Below are positions 57,243 through 64,000 of a DNA stretch of 64,000 nucleotides, piece by piece. How positions within the stretch are numbered: position 1 is the first letter of the stretch; every line of letters begins with the position of its first letter. The position numbers and the translations under genes are program-made. Origin of the DNA: a virus; the IMG/VR virus record IMGVR_UViG_3300032132_000001, positions 42,573-106,572 of that record. One strand, written 5' to 3'. Below the pieces are notes generated by a model, which worked only from the letters and a program-made list of their open reading frames with translations, did not search any database and was not told the origin of the DNA.

Positions 57243-57557
57243 TTGTATCCAAAAGATCCAAATAAGGGCGACCGGTTCGACGAAGTATGGAAAATCGTAC
57301 AAGAATCTGGCATGCATTGCCAGGTCGTTGATAGTCCAACCTTCACTACTGCTGTAGACCCTCACAACCCTGAAGCTGGAAATGTAACACTTGCCAATCA
57401 TACCACCAGGTACGTTGGGGGTGGCGCATATTCTAGGATGCGTACTTTCTTGAGTGAGATAAAAGAGAAAGGCGCTACTGCAGTCTACCTGTACAAAGCC
57501 TGGTACGACGACGAAGGTCCTGGAACCGTTTGGGTCAGATGGTGCTACAAGAAATGA
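57243..57557 (+). CDS. hypothetical protein
   Basis: track ORF. Confidence 0.4.
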   Translation: MYPKDPNKGDRFDEVWKIVQESGMHCQVVDSPTFTTAVDPHNPEAGNVTLANHTTRYVGGGAYSRMRTFLSEIKEKGATAVYLYKAWYDDEGPGTVWVRWCYKK

Positions 57558-57871
57558 AACAAAGAGTTGGTGTCCGGTGGATGAAGAGGGACGAAACCAA
57601 CTATACTGTGTTTGCGCAGCTTACCGAAGAAGAGCTTGCAGACCCAGACTGTGAGCCAGATGCTGCTCACGTCACCTTGCCCGTCATGGGTATCCTTGAA
57701 TACTTCATTGTGGTAATGGGAGAGAATGCTCCTATCTTCCGCACTGGAGCAGTGGCACCGCCTATGGGCTGTGCTGAATCCAACATTGTCTATGCCGGTG
57801 TGCAAATAGACCAAAAAGGAGATGCTGGTTTCTACAAATTCGTAATGGACAACTTCGGGAAGCTACTATGA
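57530..57871 (+). CDS. DP-motif family member (LADPDCEPDAAHVTLPV)
   Basis: track ORF. Confidence 0.45.
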   Translation: MGQMVLQEMKQRVGVRWMKRDETNYTVFAQLTEEELADPDCEPDAAHVTLPVMGILEYFIVVMGENAPIFRTGAVAPPMGCAESNIVYAGVQIDQKGDAGFYKFVMDNFGKLL

Positions 57872-58176
57872 CTGGCACTTTCACGACCATTGAGCTTCCA
57901 GAAGACCCCCATGTCACACCTCTCCCAATCGCCCTTCTGAAGCGTGTTGGTGGTCAGTATAGGGAGGTTCTAGAAGAGGAAGCTGGCGACCCTGACTTCA
58001 ATCCAGTTGCCATCCTATATGGGACTGGCCAAATCATGTTCCTAGATGACGAATCGGTGTGGGAAGCCCACTACGAAGATAGGAATCATGATGGCACACA
58101 CAACTGGTCTATTCGCAGGAGAATAGATCCGCCACTCGATGCTGCTATCAGAGCCTACATCAAGAAATCGCTATGA
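57868..58176 (+). CDS. DP-motif family member (AGDPDFNPVAILYGTG)
   Basis: track ORF. Confidence 0.5.
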   Translation: MTGTFTTIELPEDPHVTPLPIALLKRVGGQYREVLEEEAGDPDFNPVAILYGTGQIMFLDDESVWEAHYEDRNHDGTHNWSIRRRIDPPLDAAIRAYIKKSL

Positions 58177-58637
58177 ACAAAGGGACTATCCAAGGTAAGC
58201 TCAAGCTCTATAAGGACCCACTGCTCCCAGATCAGAAAATCCTTATGAGCTTCAAGGGCAAGTCTGTCATGCCCGCTGGATATTTCTACGCTCCCTACCT
58301 AACCAAGTATGCACCAATGAGCGACCCAATAAAGATCGGCCACGCCTGGTGGCGTATCATATGCTTCCTAACCCTTGACAGATCTGAGTACCACTCTAGA
58401 CGATACCTCGTCCTGGATGGTGAGACACACCATCCAGATTATTCCCCACGCGGGATAGTACTAGAGAAATCCAGCGGGGATGGCGTTGCTAGATGTGAAT
58501 ATGTGATAGATTTCCACTTGGAGAATGCCTATCACGCCGGGACCACTTGGACCAAACGAAACCAAAAGGTCTATTACCCTCGGGCCGAAGCTGTGCAGCC
58601 AGAATTGGTCTTCCACGCCCTGAGCGTGCTTCTGTGA
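58173..58637 (+). CDS. DP-motif family member (HHPDYSPRGIVLEKSS)
   Basis: track ORF. Confidence 0.5.
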   Translation: MNKGTIQGKLKLYKDPLLPDQKILMSFKGKSVMPAGYFYAPYLTKYAPMSDPIKIGHAWWRIICFLTLDRSEYHSRRYLVLDGETHHPDYSPRGIVLEKSSGDGVARCEYVIDFHLENAYHAGTTWTKRNQKVYYPRAEAVQPELVFHALSVLL

Positions 58638-58891
58638 GCCTCATCCACGCGTTCGGTATCGATGATGGCGAGCTAGACCACATGACGCCACAACAAAGGT
58701 TCGTCCTTGGTGTTGAATGGGGCAGGGTGTACGAGTTAGCGAAGACCAGAGCACCAATAGATGAATTAATCCACTCCGAAAACGAGCATCGTGTCGTCCA
58801 AATGCTCAAAGATGAAGGTTACAATCCAGTTGCTAGAATGATCCACGACGACTGGATCGTTCTACAAGCGGACCCACCATATGATCTATAA
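58634..58891 (+). CDS. hypothetical protein
   Basis: GTG 58634 (alternative ATG 58682). Confidence 0.35.
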   Translation: MSLIHAFGIDDGELDHMTPQQRFVLGVEWGRVYELAKTRAPIDELIHSENEHRVVQMLKDEGYNPVARMIHDDWIVLQADPPYDL

Positions 58892-59117
58892 ACTGGAGTT
58901 CATGGATACTGCGCACGGCCTTTGGTGCGCTCCTTTGTGGCTTATGTGCGAGTGCACAAAAGAGGATGTCACAAAGATGTGGGATAAAGTCTGCCTTGAA
59001 TGGTATACTAAGAAGGGCGGAGATACCGACGTCATAGACAGAGTGAAAGCTCTAGGCTATAACGTCCAAGAAACTTGCCCCTTCATCTACGAAGAAGTCC
59101 GCTCACTTATAGACTAA
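58881..59117 (+). CDS. Cys-rich small hypothetical protein
   Basis: track ORF. Confidence 0.4.
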   Translation: MIYKLEFMDTAHGLWCAPLWLMCECTKEDVTKMWDKVCLEWYTKKGGDTDVIDRVKALGYNVQETCPFIYEEVRSLID

Positions 59118-59383
59118 TGATACTTGGGTTTATCAGGTTCGTTTGTGACCCACACGATCTGTCTCCCGTTAGGGAAATTGTATTATTAGAAGATGCGTGC
59201 GATCCTGATTTCAACCCGGACATGATAATAATTGATTCACAGAACACTAAGTATGTGTTCGATTTAGATAGAGAATGTTTCTTTCCGTACAATTGTCTGT
59301 CAGGAAAAATAGACTGGGAAAGAAGGATCCCAGACAACTGGGTCCATGTTAGATTGATGCGGTGTCTAAAAGAGAACCTATGA
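59075..59383 (+). CDS. DP-motif family member (ACDPDFNPDMIIIDSQ)
   Basis: track ORF. Confidence 0.5.
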   Translation: MPLHLRRSPLTYRLMILGFIRFVCDPHDLSPVREIVLLEDACDPDFNPDMIIIDSQNTKYVFDLDRECFFPYNCLSGKIDWERRIPDNWVHVRLMRCLKENL

Positions 59384-59655
59384 TCATCGGATACGTAGAT
59401 CACAACCCGGATTACCCATATAGTAGTATAACCCCCTATCTGTTCACTTCGATAGAAGAAGGGGCTAATCCGAATTACGATCCTACTTTTATTGTGATCG
59501 AGTATCTTATGGATTATTTTTTCTATCATACGAAAGAAGATCGCTTCTATAGGGGTCGGTTCACCAAAACGAAGAACCCACATGAACCGATAGATGTGAT
59601 GAACTATGGGGCGTTCGTTTATCGATTACGTGAGGCGTTAATGGCCCACATCTAA
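59362..59655 (+). CDS. DP-motif family member (GANPNYDPTFIVIEYL)
   Basis: track ORF. Confidence 0.5.
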   Translation: MSKREPMIIGYVDHNPDYPYSSITPYLFTSIEEGANPNYDPTFIVIEYLMDYFFYHTKEDRFYRGRFTKTKNPHEPIDVMNYGAFVYRLREALMAHI

Positions 59656-59662
59656 ATAGGAT

Positions 59663-59971
59663 GTGGGCATACCTGATCGCATAGGGTGGTACGGGCGTCT
59701 CCGTTCGGAGAAGTGTAGACCGTACCCGCTTTCTACTGATAACCTCTGTGACCCCGACTGCATCATCACTATGATGCACTTCGAATATAGACGCCAACTA
59801 TATTGTGTAGATGTCCGTCCCGACTATGTTGGGAAAGATCGCTCCAGCCGATTCGGTTCTATCTTCAAATTGGTCCCCACATCCGACTGTCTCCATCGGC
59901 CTATGATGGAGACTGTGACCAACAAAATAGAAGAAGTACAAGTACGGGATTTCATCTTAGCATATCTCTAG
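59663..59971 (+). CDS. DP-motif family member, divergent (NLCDPDCIITMMHFEY)
   Basis: track ORF. Confidence 0.4.
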   Translation: MGIPDRIGWYGRLRSEKCRPYPLSTDNLCDPDCIITMMHFEYRRQLYCVDVRPDYVGKDRSSRFGSIFKLVPTSDCLHRPMMETVTNKIEEVQVRDFILAYL

Positions 59972-59983
59972 AGTAGCTAAGAT

Positions 59984-60244
59984 ATGAAACACCTACTCTT
60001 GATCCTGCTAGCTTTTACTATCGCAGGTTGCGGAACCCTCGCGTCACAGCAAGAAGGGAACTTCGGACCCTATTCTGGAGTCACCCAGGATGCTAAACAG
60101 CTGGGAGAACTCGTAAGCTCCCCCAGCTGTTGGGATCGAATCCTTGGTACCTTCTGTGCATGGGTCGATATGCCTATGTCCTTTGCTGTGGATACTCTTT
60201 TCCTACCAGTAAGCCTATGGGGTTATTGTAGTAGGAGGTGTTGA
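59984..60244 (+). CDS. YceK-like lipoprotein (IAGC lipobox)
   Basis: paralog of 49452..49754. Confidence 0.5.
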   Translation: MKHLLLILLAFTIAGCGTLASQQEGNFGPYSGVTQDAKQLGELVSSPSCWDRILGTFCAWVDMPMSFAVDTLFLPVSLWGYCSRRC

Positions 60245-60626
60245 TAATGAAGATTCCCACCAAGGTACTTGGTGTAGAAATGTTCCAGAAGCTCATAGCT
60301 CCTCCTATCCCAGGTGAGAACATTGCTTTAGCTCTCCCTTTGCGATATGAAGACCTAGACAAACTGCGGAAAGACGGATATTTCCTATTCGTCCGGAGTC
60401 CAAGAAATGCACGATAGCATGTTGCACCAAACCAACGACGAAGAAGTCCAAGCACAACCAAGCTGGCTTTGGGCAGATGATCTGCAAGTGAAAGGACCAC
60501 CGCCTGCCCAATCTATCTTGCGTCCTTTCCCTGGTATAGATGTCACATTCCACGGCCCGAACCCGAAGCCAAATTGGTGGTGGCGCATGTGGCAATATCT
60601 CTTGCTAGGTTGGGTGTGGGAGGATA

Positions 60627-60854
60627 GTGATGTACCGCCTGTGTGAATTCTGGAGCCACTTCCCTGAGTACCAGCTGACACCGATTGGGAAGATGTATAA
60701 TTCCAGAGAGACAGCGATCCAAGCCTTAATTCAGTTTAGGATGGGTGGCAACAGAAAGCCGATTATGCTCTGTGACGAATGCCTTTATCCTGTCAACAGT
60801 AGAGCTAAAAGAGTGATATCCAAACATGATGATTGGGACTGGCTAGATGGATAA
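60627..60854 (+). CDS. hypothetical protein
   Basis: track ORF. Confidence 0.4.
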   Translation: MMYRLCEFWSHFPEYQLTPIGKMYNSRETAIQALIQFRMGGNRKPIMLCDECLYPVNSRAKRVISKHDDWDWLDG

Positions 60855-61290
60855 CTTAAATTGCAACTCTTGCAAAGCTCAAGGTACCACCGTTATCAAT
60901 GGGAAAGTAGTCCACATAAACCCTGAAGACGCGGTACTTGCATTAGCTGTGATCAAGAAGGTAGATGCAGATGGGGTAAAAGGGGTTCGTATAGTACATC
61001 ATTCAGTACACCCCACTGGCCCACGCAGGCTGAATAGAGCAGTCTGCAGCCCAAATGATCGTCATGACGAATATGGTGTGGACCATGATTACGTTCTAGA
61101 AAATCCCAATTTTAATCCTGATTTCTTCGCGTTCCGTTACCAAAGTAAGCTATACCTATTCAAGGTAGACGATGAGCGCATGTTTACTGCTCATTTCTCC
61201 AATGTTTGGAATCAGGGATACAGGGTGGAGTCGGAGTTGTTCGGAGCCAGACGAGAGAATATGATCGAGGTATTTGGCAAGCTTTTATAA
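60847..61290 (+). CDS. DP-motif family member (LENPNFNPDFFAFRYQ)
   Basis: track ORF. Confidence 0.5.
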   Translation: MDNLNCNSCKAQGTTVINGKVVHINPEDAVLALAVIKKVDADGVKGVRIVHHSVHPTGPRRLNRAVCSPNDRHDEYGVDHDYVLENPNFNPDFFAFRYQSKLYLFKVDDERMFTAHFSNVWNQGYRVESELFGARRENMIEVFGKLL

Positions 61291-61636
61291 AATCTACAGT
61301 ATGACAGCTAAGGAAGCTTGGATGAGAAGGCGTACTCGACCAGCAAAAAGAAAGAGGAAAAAGGCCAGAAATGGGCCTAAAATAGATGGTTATGTCTGGG
61401 CGAAGAAAGGCCATGCTGATCGTTGGACGCAAGACCGCCGAGAAGAAGATCAGTGTGAACCATCCTTCAAACCAGATGGTATATTAGTACAAATTGATCG
61501 CGCCATTTTCCTATATGATGTAAAGGATGATCTCATCTTCCGAATGAAACGTCGATCCTATTGGTACTACAAGATTGCAATGGCTACCATAACCCAAAAT
61601 AAAGTTGTCCGGAATAAGATCAAAGAACATCTCTAA
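61274..61636 (+). CDS. DP-motif family member (QCEPSFKPDGILVQID)
   Basis: track ORF. Confidence 0.5.
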   Translation: MASFYKIYSMTAKEAWMRRRTRPAKRKRKKARNGPKIDGYVWAKKGHADRWTQDRREEDQCEPSFKPDGILVQIDRAIFLYDVKDDLIFRMKRRSYWYYKIAMATITQNKVVRNKIKEHL

Positions 61637-61663
61637 GGTAGATAATCTGGAGGTGTTCAAAAA

Positions 61664-61894
61664 ATGGTAGTTGAAATAACAATCGACATCGTAGCAGAAC
61701 AACTGTTCGACAAAGACTGTGAGGAAAACGTCCCTTGCATGGAATTCAAGTATTGGATGTATTACTATGGTGGCATTCCGTATCGTATGGTCCCAGAGAA
61801 ACTAAAGAAGCTATACCGTAGAGAAGCGATCCAATTAATCAAGATAGCACCGAAAGCCAGTTGGCCAGACTCCATGCTGAGATCAACGCGCTAG
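61664..61894 (+). CDS. hypothetical protein
   Basis: track ORF. Confidence 0.4.
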   Translation: MVVEITIDIVAEQLFDKDCEENVPCMEFKYWMYYYGGIPYRMVPEKLKKLYRREAIQLIKIAPKASWPDSMLRSTR

Positions 61895-62211
61895 ATGTCA
61901 TTTGGATCGATACAGATCCGCCGTATCTCATGTACATGATCTATTTTGGCCATCTTGAAGGGGACGAAGACCTTCTTCGCGTCCTCTCCAAAGAGGAAAT
62001 TTCAGATCCAACCTGCCAGATCGAAGGCATAGGATTCTCTGTTGGTGGATCTGACTATGTATATGTGGAAAAGGCAGACAAGATCCTAAAAGCGGTGCCT
62101 TTGGCGGAGCCAGGCGAAAAAAACGGGTGGCGTCCAGGTCTTACTCTGAAAGAAATAGAAGACACCGACGAAATGGTGCGCGCAGAAACGATGCTTCAAG
62201 ATTATCTATGA
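61861..62211 (+). CDS. DP-motif family member, divergent (ISDPTCQIEGIGFSVG)
   Basis: track ORF. Confidence 0.4.
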   Translation: MARLHAEINALDVIWIDTDPPYLMYMIYFGHLEGDEDLLRVLSKEEISDPTCQIEGIGFSVGGSDYVYVEKADKILKAVPLAEPGEKNGWRPGLTLKEIEDTDEMVRAETMLQDYL

Positions 62212-62549
62212 AACCAGAGATGAAGAAACCTAAGAAGGCAGAGTACACCTTCTTGTTCATGAAAAAGACCTTAGCTCATTGGGAAAATGATTCGAGAGAT
62301 CATCACGACCCAGGCTTTAATCCTGAAGGGGTCCTGATCATTGAGATAATTAAGGACTATGCGCTGGAGAAAGATCGGAGCGTTTTCCATGAATTAGTAA
62401 GAAACCAATACTACATATACAATCTCGATAAGGATACGCTAAAAGCTGCCTATCGTTACCGCCATGACGTAAGCAAGTACACAGAAGGCATCGAATTCCA
62501 CGGGTGGCAAAAAGAGTGTATTTTGACCGGTTTCCGAAAGATCCTGTGA
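62208..62549 (+). CDS. DP-motif family member (HHDPGFNPEGVLIIEI)
   Basis: ATG 62208, ATGA overlap. Confidence 0.5.
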   Translation: MKPEMKKPKKAEYTFLFMKKTLAHWENDSRDHHDPGFNPEGVLIIEIIKDYALEKDRSVFHELVRNQYYIYNLDKDTLKAAYRYRHDVSKYTEGIEFHGWQKECILTGFRKIL

Positions 62550-62866
62550 ACAATCCGATCAAGTGGTTGGCTTCAGATCCAACCGAAGAGGGCAAGTATA
62601 AATTGCTCTCAGATAAAGAATTGTTTGAACCCGGATGTCAACCGGAAGCGGCGTTTGTCTATTTCGACGCTGGAGAGCTTGGGGAAACTGACCCTGAGCT
62701 TCGTCGCGCTCGGATGCAGTTTATAATCACTCTAGACCCATGCCAGGTTTACCATAGCTATCTCAGCGGTGGTGAAAACACTAAGCACTACTACTTCCTA
62801 GGTCCGCCCCTCTCCTATGGGCCCGCTCGCAGCCTCATCCTCGGGAAGTTCGGGAACGCTATTTAG
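62546..62866 (+). CDS. DP-motif family member (LFEPGCQPEAAFVYFD)
   Basis: GTGA overlap start at 62546. Confidence 0.4.
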   Translation: MNNPIKWLASDPTEEGKYKLLSDKELFEPGCQPEAAFVYFDAGELGETDPELRRARMQFIITLDPCQVYHSYLSGGENTKHYYFLGPPLSYGPARSLILGKFGNAI

Positions 62867-63061
62867 CCTTCCCCACCTTGTACTATTCCATGCTCTCTCA
62901 TGGAAATAGTACAGAACCATCTTGGTTAGGGAATCTAAGATCCCCACTGTAAGCGCCACTGATATCTCAAAGGTGACGCAAAACGCCAAGAGAACCGTAG
63001 TGAATAGGGCGAATATGCGCCAGGTGATCGCTTTCGTTACGCTGCGAGCTTTGCTGTCCAT
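62798..63061 (-). CDS. DUF2061-like small membrane protein
   Basis: KAITWRIFALFTTVLLAF...MVLYYFHERAWN pattern. Confidence 0.45.
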   Translation of the reverse strand: MDSKARSVTKAITWRIFALFTTVLLAFCVTFEISVALTVGILDSLTKMVLYYFHERAWNSTRWGRLNSVPELPEDEAASGPIGEGRT

Positions 63062-63078
63062 AACGTAGGTTTGGACAG

Positions 63079-63417
63079 CTAGAGTAGCTTCGAAAAAGTC
63101 TCGAACACCCTCTTCTTGGTTGCGCGAGCACTCTTCCGCCTTACACGCTTCCAGCAGACCTCCTCAAGTGGGACCTCTGGGAACATGCGCCCTTGCCAGA
63201 TATGGACCTCTTCATTATCGGAGGTCAGGGGAACTACGGAGTAGACGGTCATGCTTTCCGGGTGGAACAGAAAGTAGCCGCCTCCCTGCAGGTACATGAC
63301 AATAGCGTGCACCTGAAAGTTTGGGTCACCCAACTCATCTGCAGGCACTACATTGTAAATGCGCCCTGGGAACTTCTTACTTCCCCGACGACAATATCCA
63401 ATAATAGAGTCTCTCAT
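63079..63417 (-). CDS. DP-motif family member on minus strand (LGDPNFQVHAIVMYLQ)
   Basis: track ORF. Confidence 0.45.
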   Translation of the reverse strand: MRDSIIGYCRRGSKKFPGRIYNVVPADELGDPNFQVHAIVMYLQGGGYFLFHPESMTVYSVVPLTSDNEEVHIWQGRMFPEVPLEEVCWKRVRRKSARATKKRVFETFSKLL

Positions 63418-63471
63418 CGCGCTCTCTGAAATACCAGCAAAGATCGATTATCCTAGTTTCGCCGGTAGATA

Positions 63472-63771
63472 TTGCAAACAGGAGATGTTTCAATGCGCGA
63501 ACGCGACGTAGCCGAGTTCCTAATCGGCATGATGGAAGGTGAGCCAGAAGAGTGGTACTGTGAAGGGGCTCGCACCTACCATAGACCCACCGATCTATAC
63601 GTCTGTCAGAAGTTCGAATCTGGCATCGCTCTATACTCGCGCGATGTCACCCTCGCCAACGACCCAAGAACTTTCAAGTTCGGCTGGTGGCATAGCCGCA
63701 GGGTGAAGAAGGCGATCAGGTCTCTGCATCGCAAGCTCGCTATCATTCGCATGAAGAAGAGAAGCGACTGA
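63472..63771 (+). CDS. hypothetical protein
   Basis: track ORF. Confidence 0.4.
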   Translation: MQTGDVSMRERDVAEFLIGMMEGEPEEWYCEGARTYHRPTDLYVCQKFESGIALYSRDVTLANDPRTFKFGWWHSRRVKKAIRSLHRKLAIIRMKKRSD

Positions 63772-64000
63772 TGCAACTACTATTTGTCCTCGGGTGTCTA
63801 ACTACTGCGGTCTATCTGATGACCCAACAGCAGTGGGCAATGGGGATTATGATGGTAGTGTTGGCAGTCTGGTCTATGACCGATGAAGCGATAAACGACT
63901 AGACTGCTTCTGCATTGCGCGGCTGAGTATAGCGCGCACCTATCTTAGTCTTCTCTTTGAGTTTTTCCAGCTCATCAGTCTCCTCCAGTTCGTCTGGATC

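Overview
This 64 kb window reads as part of a large virulent phage genome. I see no integrase, att site or host housekeeping genes. It has two contrasting halves.

Positions 1-47,500 are moderately GC-rich and transcribed almost entirely on the minus strand. They carry 11 tRNA genes: Asp, Arg, Lys, Leu x3, Val x2, Asn, plus an amber-suppressor tRNA with a CUA anticodon. Scattered among them is a large set of RNA and translation enzymes: a T4 Rnl1-family RNA ligase, a PNK-like P-loop kinase, a calcineurin-like phosphoesterase, a Thg1-like 3'-5' nucleotidyltransferase, a CCA-adding enzyme, a PTH2 peptidyl-tRNA hydrolase, a SpoU/TrmH methyltransferase, IF1, peptide deformylase, a small HD (p)ppGpp-hydrolase-like protein and a bacterial-type PARG. 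Other notable genes there are an M50 site-2 protease, a stand-alone receiver domain, an S24 peptidase and a 5-member family of small basic-leader/acidic-tail proteins.

The 38.5-47.2 kb stretch is organised as repeated units: gene, GC hairpin, conserved GTTCCAACAG/GTGTCAAC box, ribosome-binding site, next gene. A 14-mer, CCGTG(C/G)CATGTTGG on the coding strand, recurs about 17 times and several times supplies the start codon.

A roughly 1 kb non-coding stretch plus a cluster of G/C palindromes and G-tracts at 47.53-47.70 kb marks a strand switch. Positions 47.7-64 kb have visibly lower GC and consist almost entirely of about 45 short plus-strand genes. At least 21 of these belong to one divergent paralog family (about 100 aa, with a central DP(D/N)(F/Y)xP(D/T)GI motif and a hydrophobic ...LL C-terminus). 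A second 4-member family shares the N-terminus M-PDEIAKILTEDPDVL.

All calls are from reading the six-frame track and the sequence by eye. No database search was possible. Starts were refined where an internal ATG/GTG with a Shine-Dalgarno sequence was visible. Hairpin and motif coordinates may be off by a few bases.
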